From an archaeon (GTDB taxonomy: Archaea; EX4484-52; WAPT01), in contig JAPDKB010000008.1 in NCBI GenBank assembly GCA_029258795.1, forward strand, positions 32,001 through 96,000: a DNA stretch of 64,000 bases, given 5' to 3'. The notes under the pieces were generated by a model. That model did not search any database, had not been told where the DNA came from, and saw nothing but the letters and a program-made list of their open reading frames with translations. This document shows, in pieces, positions 1-9,707 of this stretch (within the stretch, counting starts at the first letter, position 1; every line of letters starts with the position of its first letter). A program made the translations under genes and the position numbers.

Positions 1-607
1 AAGCTTCAAGGCATTCCAGAGCCCACCTGTGGGTGCGTTCAAGCGCTAAAGATGTGTATTCCTTGCTGGAAAGTGGAGAGGTGCACTCATCCAGCACATA
101 AACGACGTCGGAGCCGAGCTTGGACTGTATTTTCATGGAAAGTTCTGGTGTGAGACGCATTTTTTCTCCAGTTATCGGATTTCTGTACGTTATGCCTTCA
201 TCATCCACCTTTGCCCATCTCTCTCCAACTTTTGGCTCCTCCTTCATTTCATCTCCGGGAAATATGTTGTTGGCTATCTTGCCAACACCATGCTCCATTC
301 CGAAACCGAGGGAGAATGCCTGAAATCCTCCGGAATCCGTGAAGATCGTGCCATTATAGTTCATGAAGTTGTGAAGACCTCCAAGCTTGTTTATGAGCTC
401 CTCTCCCGGCTTGAGGTGGAGGTGGAAGGTGTTCGCTATGAGCGCCTCAACCTTCAGCTTCTTCAAATCCCTGCTGTCAAGAGCCCTAACGCTTGCCAGC
501 GTTGCTACCGGCAAAAACACAGGAGTCTTGAATTTTTTGCCCCTGACGCGCACAACTCCGGCTCTGGCTTTTCCAAGCTCTGTCTCTATGCTGAATCGCA
601 GCTTCAT
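1..607 (-). CDS. tgt: tRNA-guanine transglycosylase, bacterial queuine type (partial, runs off window start)
   Basis: Manual translation from ATG at 607: KTPVFLPVAT, ANTFHL, TDSGGFQ, LGSDVVYVLDECT, RTHRWA. Absent from ORF track because it has no stop in the window. Confidence 0.9.
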   Translation of the reverse strand, partial: MKLRFSIETELGKARAGVVRVRGKKFKTPVFLPVATLASVRALDSRDLKKLKVEALIANTFHLHLKPGEELINKLGGLHNFMNYNGTIFTDSGGFQAFSLGFGMEHGVGKIANNIFPGDEMKEEPKVGERWAKVDDEGITYRNPITGEKMRLTPELSMKIQSKLGSDVVYVLDECTSPLSSKEYTSLALERTHRWALECLEA

Positions 608-686
608 CAAGCCAAAAGAAGGAGGCAAACAATTTTAAAGTTAAGAGGGAAAAGTCAAACTCGTTGGATTGCGGGGTGGAAAAGAA

Positions 687-1991
687 ATGCTCAGGAGCAA
701 GTACATCTCGGAGGTGAAAGCGGGCGAGAAAGTCAAGCTTGCAGGTCATGTTTATGAAATAAGGGATCTGGGCAAGCTCGTGTTCGTGATTCTGAGAGAT
801 GTTAGCGGATTGATTCAGCTCGTGGCTAACAAGAAGGATTGTGGAGACGAGGTTTTCAAGAAAGTCAAGAACCTGACAAAGGAGGACTTTGTGGTTGTAG
901 AAGGGGAAGCGGTTGCGAATGAAAAAGCTCCATACAGGAAGGTTGAGGTGTTGATTAAGAAGCTTGAAGTCATCGCTGAAAGTGATTCTCCTCAGCCCAT
1001 AGACGTGTCCGGCAAAATAGAGAGCACGCTTGACAAAAGGCTGGACTGGCGCTTCATAGACATGAAAAATCCTGACGTGCTTGCAATTTTCATCTTCCAG
1101 AGCAAGCTCGTGGGTTTCATGGAGGAGTTTCTGCGCAGGAACCGGTTTGTGAGAATATTCACATCCCGCATAACAAATGCCGCTACAGAAGGAGGAGCTG
1201 ATTATTTTCCAATCATGTACTTCAACAAGGAGGCGTTTCTTGCACAAAGTCCGCAGCTCTACAAGGAGAGTGTGCTTGTGTCCGGCATAGATAGAGTGTA
1301 TGATGTTGGTATGGTTTACAGGGCTGAGCCGCACCACACCACAAGGCATCTCTGCGAGTACGTTTCCTTTGATGTGGAGATGGTTTCGGAAAGCATGAGG
1401 GATGTGCTTGAGATTCAGGAAGGTGTGCTTAGATACGCTTTCGAAAAGCTGAACAAGGATGAATGGGTAAAGGAAATGCTTGAAAAACGTAACATTCAGC
1501 TTCCTTTCCCGAAGAAGATTCCGGAAGTGAGTTTTGAGGAGGCCAATGAGATTTTGAAAGGTGCGGGGGCTGAGGTGGAGGAACACGATTTAACACCAGA
1601 AGGGGAGAGGAAGCTGTGCGAGTACTTTACAAAAGAGCATGATAGCGAGTTTGTGCTTGTTCACAGCTTTCCTTTTGCAAAGAAACCGTTCTACCTGATG
1701 AGGTATAAGGACAGGCCAGAGATCACTCATTCCTTTGATCTGCTTTACCGTGGGCTTGAGATAACGTCCGGAGGGCAGAGAGAGCACAGGTATGAGGAAA
1801 GGGTCAAGAACATAAGAGATAAGGGCATGGCTGTCGAGCAGTTCGATCATCTCCGCTTCTTCAAGTACGGCATGCCTCCTCATGGCGGCTTTGGGCTTGG
1901 AATTGAAAGGTTAACAGCTCAGATGCTCAAGCTGAAGAACGTGAGGGAAGCGAGTTTAACACCGAGGGATCCTGACAGGCTGGTGCCGTGA
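687..1991 (+). CDS. aspS: Aspartyl-tRNA synthetase, archaeal type (probably non-discriminating)
   Basis: OB-fold N-terminus, LAQSPQLYK, YRAE, EITSGGQR, GMPPHGGFGLGIERL, PRDPDRLVP. Confidence 0.95.
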   Translation: MLRSKYISEVKAGEKVKLAGHVYEIRDLGKLVFVILRDVSGLIQLVANKKDCGDEVFKKVKNLTKEDFVVVEGEAVANEKAPYRKVEVLIKKLEVIAESDSPQPIDVSGKIESTLDKRLDWRFIDMKNPDVLAIFIFQSKLVGFMEEFLRRNRFVRIFTSRITNAATEGGADYFPIMYFNKEAFLAQSPQLYKESVLVSGIDRVYDVGMVYRAEPHHTTRHLCEYVSFDVEMVSESMRDVLEIQEGVLRYAFEKLNKDEWVKEMLEKRNIQLPFPKKIPEVSFEEANEILKGAGAEVEEHDLTPEGERKLCEYFTKEHDSEFVLVHSFPFAKKPFYLMRYKDRPEITHSFDLLYRGLEITSGGQREHRYEERVKNIRDKGMAVEQFDHLRFFKYGMPPHGGFGLGIERLTAQMLKLKNVREASLTPRDPDRLVP

Positions 1992-2001
1992 AACTTGCTT
2001 T

Positions 2002-2532
2002 TTACTCAACTCTTATAACCTTCGCTATCACTGGAATATCTTCCTCCAGAACCACAGGTGTTTTTGTCTCAACTGATATGTACTGACCTACGCTAAGATT
2101 AGAAAAGGGTACGGGAATTTCTTTGAACTGTGGCTCAAAAGATTCCTCATTTATTTCGATTTCCACCATTACTATTCTTGTATCTCTTCCCACAACAACC
2201 TGCTTGATGAAATAATCCGGTTCGTATAAGAATTTTGTGATGCTTCCCCCGCGATAAATGTTTGGAACTTTCAGCTTCAGGGTTTTTATCTGAGGGCTAA
2301 TTTCGATTATCTCGCCCTCAAAACTTGTGACCTCTCTGGAAGCGTTTTCCTCCGTTACAAAAATCGGTAAAAGTCCATTTTTCACTTTCTCCATAAATTT
2401 CTGATCAATTTCTTTGAGAGTGTTTTGCTTCACAACATCTGGCGGTGTGACGAGGGATTTGCCTATATAAATTCCTATGATGAAAACTATGATGAGGGAA
2501 ATTATCCAAGTTAGAGTTTGTTTGTTAGACAT
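2002..2532 (-). CDS. Hypothetical membrane-anchored protein
   Basis: N-terminal hydrophobic helix; lies just downstream of 2538..3812 on the same strand. Confidence 0.7.
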   Translation of the reverse strand: MSNKQTLTWIISLIIVFIIGIYIGKSLVTPPDVVKQNTLKEIDQKFMEKVKNGLLPIFVTEENASREVTSFEGEIIEISPQIKTLKLKVPNIYRGGSITKFLYEPDYFIKQVVVGRDTRIVMVEIEINEESFEPQFKEIPVPFSNLSVGQYISVETKTPVVLEEDIPVIAKVIRVE

Positions 2533-2537
2533 TTTTA

Positions 2538-3812
2538 TCACGAGCAAGTTATTTTACAGCATACTCCATAGACAAATATAGTTCCCGAATCTGGACCACA
2601 ATACACATTGCAACCTTTCTTATCAACCTTAGGCACTATACCTTTTAACCACCCGTCATTAAAATAACAATAGCCACCGCAACTGACAATAGTTTCATCA
2701 TTTTTACAAAGAACTTTCCTACACTCTTTACTTCCCGTACAATAATCGCTAACACTTCTACACTGTAAAGAGCAAGATGAAGCACCTCCAGAAGGCCAAC
2801 TTGATCTGCAGTCACCTCCTATGCAGAGCTGCGAGCCTTTGACGTAGCCCGAAACTTGTAAGTCGTCAGCTACATAGAGCGTAGAATCTTCAGGATCTCT
2901 CAAAGTGTTTGCTTCTATGATGTTCGCATCTAAAATGTCGTTGTCCCGCATGTTTAGATCTCCTGTCATAGAATCTCCAGCAGTGTTTACAAATCTCGAA
3001 TCGCAATCGGAGCAGGATGAAATTCCACCACCACTCGGCCATCTTGACCTGCAATCACTTCCTATGCAGAGCTGCGAGCATCTACCAGGAGTATCACACC
3101 TCGTATCCCGATCAGTTCCACATTTAACATTACCGTAAGAGTCAGTGTAAAGTTTGTTGCAGTTCTTCTTGTTTATTATTTTGATGTCATTGGCTCGTAA
3201 ACTGTCTGAGATAATAACCCATGAATCTTCGGGGTCTCTTATTATGTTTGCTTCCACCATATTGGCGTCTAGTAAGTTGTGATCCTGCATATTTAAATCT
3301 CCTGTCAGGGAATCTCCGCTTCTGTTCACAAATACTGAGGAACAATCTGAACAGCTAGAGATCCCACCTGATCCTGCGTTATCCACTCCACAAATCCATT
3401 TATCTCCGCTCCATTTGAGCACCTGCCCATCAGAACAGGAGGTTAAACCCGTTCCTCCTTTGGATGGTTGGAGGGTCCCTAAAAGATCATTCAGGTTATG
3501 GGTGTGGGTTGCAGAAGCGAAAGCACTGGCATCCTTTCCGTCAAGCTTGTCGGCATTCAGAGCGTAATCAGCCTGAGAGGCGTTTGCAACCTTTCCCTCT
3601 ATCAAACTGGCGTTTATTTTTCCAGTTGTAGTTGCTAAAGGTATGTATTGTGTTCCTATTTTCGCATAAATTTCATCTAATGTGTGATACGCCCCGGTCG
3701 TGACAGCTGCAAGTGAGTTATCTGAGATGTTTAAAATTGTGATCAAAACCAAAAGTCCTGCCAAGATAAATGCGTGTTTTCTCTCAATTCTAATCGTTAC
3801 GTGTATCTCCAT
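2538..3812 (-). CDS. Secreted or surface Cys-rich repeat protein, tail-fibre/adhesin-like
   Basis: N-terminal TM segment; NADKLDGKDAS..THTH and KGGTG motifs; two internally duplicated modules. Confidence 0.7.
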   Translation of the reverse strand: MEIHVTIRIERKHAFILAGLLVLITILNISDNSLAAVTTGAYHTLDEIYAKIGTQYIPLATTTGKINASLIEGKVANASQADYALNADKLDGKDASAFASATHTHNLNDLLGTLQPSKGGTGLTSCSDGQVLKWSGDKWICGVDNAGSGGISSCSDCSSVFVNRSGDSLTGDLNMQDHNLLDANMVEANIIRDPEDSWVIISDSLRANDIKIINKKNCNKLYTDSYGNVKCGTDRDTRCDTPGRCSQLCIGSDCRSRWPSGGGISSCSDCDSRFVNTAGDSMTGDLNMRDNDILDANIIEANTLRDPEDSTLYVADDLQVSGYVKGSQLCIGGDCRSSWPSGGASSCSLQCRSVSDYCTGSKECRKVLCKNDETIVSCGGYCYFNDGWLKGIVPKVDKKGCNVYCGPDSGTIFVYGVCCKITCS

Positions 3813-3872
3813 ACGCTTTTATTTTGTCCAAACCGCTATATATAAATTTTCGAAAGCAAGAAAGGGGTTATT

Positions 3873-4892
3873 ATGAACCTCGAACTCGTCTGGTTCGATT
3901 CCTTCGGAGCAAAGTCCTCCTGCGTTCTTGTTAAAACTAAAGACGTCTCCATTCTAATCGATCCCGGCGTTGCGATCATGCACCGGAGCTTTCCTGCAAG
4001 CTTACCCCAAAAGCTCATGTGGGTGGAGAAGGGCTGGCATGAGGTGGAGAAGGCAGCGAGAAAAGCTGATGTGGTTGTAGTGACTCATTACCATTACGAT
4101 CATCACAGCCCAGACAGAATGAAGATTTATGGTGGCAAGCTTCTTCTTACCAAAGACCCGAACCGCTACATAAATGATTCGCAGCGCGGTAGAGCTATGA
4201 AATTTTTCGAAAACCTGTGGAGGTATTTTGGAGATGAAGAGCTAAAGCCCGGAAGTCACCAGAAAAACGAGGAGTTCAGTAAAGCTGATGCACTGGATGT
4301 TGTGCCAACAGGCAAGATGAATGAAAAGCAGAAGAAGTGGTTTGAGGCAAGAGTGAAAAAGTGGAAGGGTTACAGAAAGATTGAGGAGGCTGAGTTTGAT
4401 GACCTCAAAATAAGATTTGCTGACAGCGTTGAACTTACCTTTGGAAAAACGAAGCTGAGAACGATTGGTCCGCTCTTCCACGGTGTGGAATGCTCGCGTG
4501 TGGGCTGGGTTTTCATGGTTGTGGTGGAAGAGGGGAGCAAAAAGCTCCTTTACACCTCCGACCTTTGCGGACCGATAATTGAGAAGTATGCTGAGGTGAT
4601 GGTCAAGGAAAAGCCAACATATCTTGTGGTGGATGGTCCCAATACCTACATGCTTGGCTACTTGCTGAGCAACGAGAATCTTGAGAGAGCAATTCGTAAC
4701 GTGTGCAGAATCGTGAAGAAGGTTGATTTCGAGCTCTTCATCTGGGATCACCACCTGCCAAGGGAGCCGAATTTCAGGCATCATACATCTGAAGTGTGGG
4801 AGCTTGCAAGAAAGCTGAAGAAGGATGTGATGACAGCGCGCGAATACAAAGAGGGGAAGCCAGCTGTGGTGGAGGAACTCGTTAAGGAATGA
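3873..4892 (+). CDS. Metallo-beta-lactamase fold hydrolase (UPF0282-like)
   Basis: DSFGAKS, IDPG, THYHYDHH, DHHL motifs. Confidence 0.85.
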   Translation: MNLELVWFDSFGAKSSCVLVKTKDVSILIDPGVAIMHRSFPASLPQKLMWVEKGWHEVEKAARKADVVVVTHYHYDHHSPDRMKIYGGKLLLTKDPNRYINDSQRGRAMKFFENLWRYFGDEELKPGSHQKNEEFSKADALDVVPTGKMNEKQKKWFEARVKKWKGYRKIEEAEFDDLKIRFADSVELTFGKTKLRTIGPLFHGVECSRVGWVFMVVVEEGSKKLLYTSDLCGPIIEKYAEVMVKEKPTYLVVDGPNTYMLGYLLSNENLERAIRNVCRIVKKVDFELFIWDHHLPREPNFRHHTSEVWELARKLKKDVMTAREYKEGKPAVVEELVKE

Positions 4893-4925
4893 TTCAATTT
4901 AAAGTTTAGAATTTCTGTGTTTTTT

Positions 4926-5723
4926 ATGGTGAAACTATCTGAGCTTGTGGGGTTTCTGGATGAATATTTGGGAATTAATCGGGATTATGGTGATGCCGTT
5001 CTCAACGGGCTTGTGGTAGAAGCTTGCGATCTGGAAAAAAATGTGGAGGTTGTCTGTCTTGCGTGTGATGTGAATAAGAAGGTTATTGAGGAGGTTGCAA
5101 AGAGAAATGCAAGCCTACTCATCACTCACCACGGCATCTTTACGAAACATGATGAAGCGAAGCTTGTGGGGTTGAAGGGTAAGCTCGTCAGGATGCTGGT
5201 GAAGAATGGCATTTCTCTTTACGTTGCTCACCTGCCGCTTGACTTTCACGAAGAAATTGGAAATCATGTAGCTTTGGCAAGGGCTCTGAATTTTAGGAAT
5301 TTCCGGATTGTTGAACTGAAAAAGGGTGACAAAGATTATGGGAGTGCGGTGGTTGTTGAGCTTGAAAACGGAATGAATGCTGAAGATTTTGCAAGATTTC
5401 TGGCTGAAAAGCTTGATGTCAGCATTGACTTCCAGCCTGCGGGAGGCAAAGTGAGGAATGTTGCAATAGTCACCGGCTCAAGCATGTCAATGCTGGAAGA
5501 CGTGTTGAAAGCTGCTGATGTTGATTCATTTCTCTGCGGGGAGGCAAAACACGCTTATATTTACCATGCGGAGCAGCTGGGCGTCAATGTTTTTTATGCC
5601 ACACATTACAGGACGGAGATTTTCGGGCTGAAGGAACTTGCAAACAAGCTGGAAAACACATTTAAAGGTTTGGGGGTAGTGTTTATTGATATTCCGCCTT
5701 CCATTAAAAGGGTGGAGAGATGA
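4926..5723 (+). CDS. Nif3-like dinuclear metal centre protein
   Basis: NGL, ITHHG, HLPLD, GE.KH, HYRTE motifs. Confidence 0.9.
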   Translation: MVKLSELVGFLDEYLGINRDYGDAVLNGLVVEACDLEKNVEVVCLACDVNKKVIEEVAKRNASLLITHHGIFTKHDEAKLVGLKGKLVRMLVKNGISLYVAHLPLDFHEEIGNHVALARALNFRNFRIVELKKGDKDYGSAVVVELENGMNAEDFARFLAEKLDVSIDFQPAGGKVRNVAIVTGSSMSMLEDVLKAADVDSFLCGEAKHAYIYHAEQLGVNVFYATHYRTEIFGLKELANKLENTFKGLGVVFIDIPPSIKRVER

Positions 5724-5911
5724 TGGTAGCGAAAAACATTCCTTCCGTGTGTCTAAGCTGTGGGGGATGCGTTGGTGTGTGTCCGCAGGATGCCATAAGT
5801 TTGAAGGATATGAAGATTGTGATCGATAAGGAGAAATGCAACAACTGCGGTGCGTGTGTCAGATTCTGTCCTGTCGGAGCCATGAAGCTTGATGAAGAGC
5901 GGGGTGATTGA
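5720..5911 (+). CDS. 2x[4Fe-4S] ferredoxin
   Basis: Two CxxCxxCxxxCP motifs. Confidence 0.9.
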   Translation: MMVAKNIPSVCLSCGGCVGVCPQDAISLKDMKIVIDKEKCNNCGACVRFCPVGAMKLDEERGD

Positions 5912-7121
5912 TATCACGAGGCCAGTTAACCTGAAGGACGAGTATGATGTTGTTATCATCGGAGCTGGTCCAGCAGGCAGTAGATGTGCAAGGCTGATAG
6001 CTGAGGAAGGGTTCAGTGTGGCTGTGTTTGAGAAAAGGGCTGAGATTGGGGCTCCAAAAAGATGTGCCGAAGGCATTGGAGTAAAAGCCCTGCAAAGAAT
6101 GGGATACACGGGCAATGAGAGGTTTGTTGCGCAGCATATCGATGGCTTCTATCTTTATGCTCCCAACGGGAAGGAGTTCATGGTGGAGTATGGTTCGTCT
6201 CAGGGTTGTGTGGTTGAAAGGAAGGTGTTTGATAAGTTTCTTGCTTACGATGCCGCTAAGGCAGGAGCTTCTTTCTTCACCAGGACGGAAGTTGTTGATG
6301 TCCTGCGGGATGATGGGAAGATAAGCGGCGTCGTTATCAGATATGGTGAGGAGGAATTTGAGGTTAAAGCCAAGGTGGTTGTATCTGCGGAAGGTATTGA
6401 GGGTAAGATTGCGAGGAAAGCGGGCATAGACACGACCAACAAACTCATAAACGTTGACTCCGGCTATCAGTACGAGATGGCAAACCTTACAATGAAGGAC
6501 CCAAAGAAGCTTTACTTTTACCTCGGCAATGAGATTGCTCCTCGCGGCTACATCTGGATATTTCCGAAGGGAGAGTACGTTGCAAATGTTGGTATAGGGA
6601 TTGGAGGTGTGGGCGCTACAAAAAAAGCAAAGGAGTATCTGGATGCGTGGATAGAGAACCATCCAGAGATATTCGGAGAGGCGAGCATAATTGAGGAAAA
6701 TGCTGGAGGCATACCTGTTGGTGGCCTGCTGGAAGATATGGTGAGGGATGGATTTGTTGTTATAGGGGATGCCGCCCATACCGTCAACCCGATTCATGGC
6801 GGGGGTATGGATGAAGGTACAAAAGCAGGAGAGATGGCTGCCAGAGTTATCTGTGAGTGCCTTGAACAGGGAGATGTTAGCCATAATGCACTTGCAAAGT
6901 TCAACAAGCTGTGGTGGAAGGAGAGAGGGGAGAAGTTGAAGAGGGTGGAGAAGCTCAGGCAGGTGATTGAGAAGCTTAGGGATGATGATCTCAACTTCCT
7001 TGCGGAGGAGCTTGATGTGCAGGATGTGATTGATTTTGCAGGCGGAAAAAATCTTACCAAACTGGCGAAGATTCTCATCAAAAGACCGAAGCTGATAAAG
7101 CTTGCGACTATCTTGAGATAA
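5892..7121 (+). CDS. Geranylgeranyl reductase family flavoprotein
   Basis: GAGPAG, PKRCAEG, PRGYIWIFPKG, GDAA..VNPIHGGG. Confidence 0.9.
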   Translation: MKSGVIDITRPVNLKDEYDVVIIGAGPAGSRCARLIAEEGFSVAVFEKRAEIGAPKRCAEGIGVKALQRMGYTGNERFVAQHIDGFYLYAPNGKEFMVEYGSSQGCVVERKVFDKFLAYDAAKAGASFFTRTEVVDVLRDDGKISGVVIRYGEEEFEVKAKVVVSAEGIEGKIARKAGIDTTNKLINVDSGYQYEMANLTMKDPKKLYFYLGNEIAPRGYIWIFPKGEYVANVGIGIGGVGATKKAKEYLDAWIENHPEIFGEASIIEENAGGIPVGGLLEDMVRDGFVVIGDAAHTVNPIHGGGMDEGTKAGEMAARVICECLEQGDVSHNALAKFNKLWWKERGEKLKRVEKLRQVIEKLRDDDLNFLAEELDVQDVIDFAGGKNLTKLAKILIKRPKLIKLATILR

Positions 7122-7160
7122 GGAACCACTTATAAATTTTTGTTCTGAATAGCTGTGATT

Positions 7161-7868
7161 ATGAGCAATGAGATTGAGCACATAGCCTTCATCATGGATG
7201 GTAACAGGAGATTTGCTAAGCGTTTGATGCAGAAGCCCTGGAAGGGACATGAATGGGGGGCAAAGAAGGTCAGGGAAGTGCTCAGGTGGTGCAGAGATGC
7301 TGGAGTTAGGTATGTGACCCTTTATTCTCTCTCCATCGAAAACCTGCAGAAAAGGCCAAAGCAGGAGCTTGATATGCTGATGCGAATTTTCAAAAAGGAG
7401 TTTGAAGCTATACCTAATGATGATGAAATTCATGAGAATGAGGTTCGTATCAATGTTATAGGCAGGGTGCACTTGCTGCCCAAAGAAGTGAGAGATGCAA
7501 TAGCTAGAGCTGTTGAGGCAACGCAACACTACAACAAATACGTGGTGAACTTCGCCATAGCTTATGGTGGGAGGAGCGAGATTGTCGATGGTGTGAGGAA
7601 AGTAATGGTTGATTTTGCTTCTGGAAAGATCGGGTCGGATGAACTTGATGAAGAGAGATTCAGACATTATCTCTACACCAACGGCACGCCTGATCCTGAT
7701 CTGATAATAAGAACTGGTGGGGAAAGGAGGCTTTCCGGATTCCTGCTCTGGCAGGCAGCTTATGCTGAACTTTACTTTACCAACACTCTCTGGCCGGAGT
7801 TTAGTAGGGAGGAATTTCAAGCTGCTTTAAAGGATTTTTTCCACAGAGAGAGAAGGTTCGGGAGGTGA
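7161..7868 (+). CDS. uppS: cis-prenyltransferase (undecaprenyl diphosphate synthase)
   Basis: HIAFIMDGNRR, YGGRSEI, PDLIIRTGGERRLSGFLLWQ, RRFG. Confidence 0.95.
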   Translation: MSNEIEHIAFIMDGNRRFAKRLMQKPWKGHEWGAKKVREVLRWCRDAGVRYVTLYSLSIENLQKRPKQELDMLMRIFKKEFEAIPNDDEIHENEVRINVIGRVHLLPKEVRDAIARAVEATQHYNKYVVNFAIAYGGRSEIVDGVRKVMVDFASGKIGSDELDEERFRHYLYTNGTPDPDLIIRTGGERRLSGFLLWQAAYAELYFTNTLWPEFSREEFQAALKDFFHRERRFGR

Positions 7869-7997
7869 ACAGGATTCTTATTTTGCGGTGCTGCCGGATT
7901 GTACCTAATTTTTAAGTTTTAAATTTTAATTTTTAGGAAATTTTTCCCAATTATAAAAAAATATAAGGTAACGACTCACATCCCTAGTAAGGAATTT

Positions 7998-8403
7998 CTA
8001 TCCCTCGCTTTCGGGCTGTTCAGAATATCGCACTCCCTCTATAGAAGTTGTCTCTGGTCCCAAGTAAATTTCTCTTTTGGAATAGAGGTACAGCACAACT
8101 ATAACACCAAATATGAATGCTGCAATGTTACCTAATAATCAAATTTGTTAGCACACTCAGAGAAAACAGGGCCACGGCGATTTTCCAAGCGGTTGGGTTC
8201 AGTTTTAACAGTCCGTACCAGATCACTGCACCAGCAAGCAGGAGTATTGTTGTAAGTATGATCAGTAGTCCCATCCATGGAGCATAGTAAGATATATAGC
8301 TCCATCTCTGAAGTACCACTCCTAGTCCAAGGAAGTACCACGCCAGAGAGAAGTAAAAAAGTCCAGCAAGGATTTTTACACCGAGTGGGGCTTCCCTCTT
8401 CAT
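7998..8403 (-). pseudogene. Small multi-pass membrane protein interrupted by a one-base frameshift near 8135
   Basis: SD GGAGGTGA before ATG 8403. ORF stops at 8128, but the shifted frame continues as a further TM helix, LGNIAAFIFGVIVVLYLYSKRE..., to a stop at 7998. Confidence 0.55.
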
Positions 8404-8663
8404 AGCATCACCTCCTAAACACTAACTCCTGTCTTTTTTACTTCCAGTCGTCATCCCCGCGGACGTGCAAAGAAATCGCTCTGCCCTTCTGCCGCGGGTC
8501 ACAACAATCTCTGCGATTTGAGAGAACTAAATGCCACGCTAGCGCTTCAAAAACATTCGTCCCCAGAAGTCAAGGAATTCTGTTGTTCTTAGAACAAATC
8601 GTGATTAAAACCAGAGAACTTAAAAAGCTTTCCGCGTTGCGTTTTTACAATTTTGGAGATTGT

Positions 8664-8918
8664 TTAAACCTTTCTTCTCAGCAGTCCCAGTCTTTCTCCT
8701 ATTTCGAGCCACGCCCACGCCCAAACCACGGCTTCAAATGATCTCACATAGTCCTGTTTTTCCAGAAAATAGCGCGCATCCTTTATGTAAGCTTTGATGT
8801 TCTCCACGAAGCCCTTCTGTGAGTTATCCAGCAGCTCTATTTCGAGATTTTCAAGCTTGTTCAGCCATTTTTCCGTTTCCTGAATGAGCTGTTCTTTGAT
8901 GTTGTCTTCACCCATCAT
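8664..8918 (-). CDS. DUF357 family protein
   Basis: AYIKDARYFLEK.DYVRSFEAVVWAWAWL; overlaps dph5, a typical archaeal neighbour. Confidence 0.8.
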   Translation of the reverse strand: MMGEDNIKEQLIQETEKWLNKLENLEIELLDNSQKGFVENIKAYIKDARYFLEKQDYVRSFEAVVWAWAWLEIGERLGLLRRKV

Positions 8919-9655
8919 TTCACCTCTATGAGCCTCAAAAACTCCTCCTCATGGTGCTCCAGCTCTGCAGGCAATATGAGGCAATGTGGCGGTTTTCCGA
9001 AATCTATACTTTTAAGTTTTGAAATCGAACCATAAAGTACGTTTTTGTCCCTGCTGCCAAGACGGGAAAGGACCACAATCTTTGTCTTCTCGTTGAAAAT
9101 TCCGTTGCCTTTTTTCTCTTCCATCTTTAACAGGATGTCCAGAGCTGTCTTTACATCCATCCCTATATCGAGAAGAATTAAAGTGTGGAGGTTTGCTTTC
9201 AGGTTGTTGAGAATGTGGTCGTAAGGGCTGAGAGGAAAGTAATTTTCCCCCGGGAAGGGAAGGCTAACGACTCTGCCGAATTTATAAAGGGAAAGCCCGC
9301 TTTCACCAGCTGCCGTGAGGATTGAGGAGGCGTGTATCACCTCAACCTCTACGCCGGAAAGCATGCACTCCCTCACTATCTCCTTGTGTGTTGTTGCGAA
9401 GAGCGGATCGCCCGGCACGAGAAAAGCCACAACTTTGTTTTTAGCTTCTTTAACAACCACGTTCCTCTCTTCAACATCCTCTCTCCTCAGTTCTACAATT
9501 TCCTTCCCTATCATTTTGCTCAGATTTTCAATGTTGATATTGAGCGGAGATGTGTATCTCTCAAAAAAAACGATGTCAGCTTTCTTGCATGCTTCCAGAC
9601 CTCTTAAGCTCATGTCTTTCTCATCGCTAAGACCCAAACCCACAAGGTAAAGCAT
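8915..9655 (-). CDS. dph5: Diphthine synthase
   Basis: MLYLVGLGL, ERYTS, GDPLFATTH, LYKFG, LHTLILLD, PPHCLI. Confidence 0.95.
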   Translation of the reverse strand: MLYLVGLGLSDEKDMSLRGLEACKKADIVFFERYTSPLNINIENLSKMIGKEIVELRREDVEERNVVVKEAKNKVVAFLVPGDPLFATTHKEIVRECMLSGVEVEVIHASSILTAAGESGLSLYKFGRVVSLPFPGENYFPLSPYDHILNNLKANLHTLILLDIGMDVKTALDILLKMEEKKGNGIFNEKTKIVVLSRLGSRDKNVLYGSISKLKSIDFGKPPHCLILPAELEHHEEEFLRLIEVK

Positions 9656-9707
9656 GATTTGTGTTTTTGGATAGATATTTTAAAAGGTTGTCAACCAATT
9701 TTTGTGT

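Noticed and set aside
486-7820. Long antisense ORFs (486..1586, 5859..7820) and similar shadows such as 55255..56214
   Set aside because: They lie opposite well-supported genes and have no recognisable motifs; they are typical antisense shadows.
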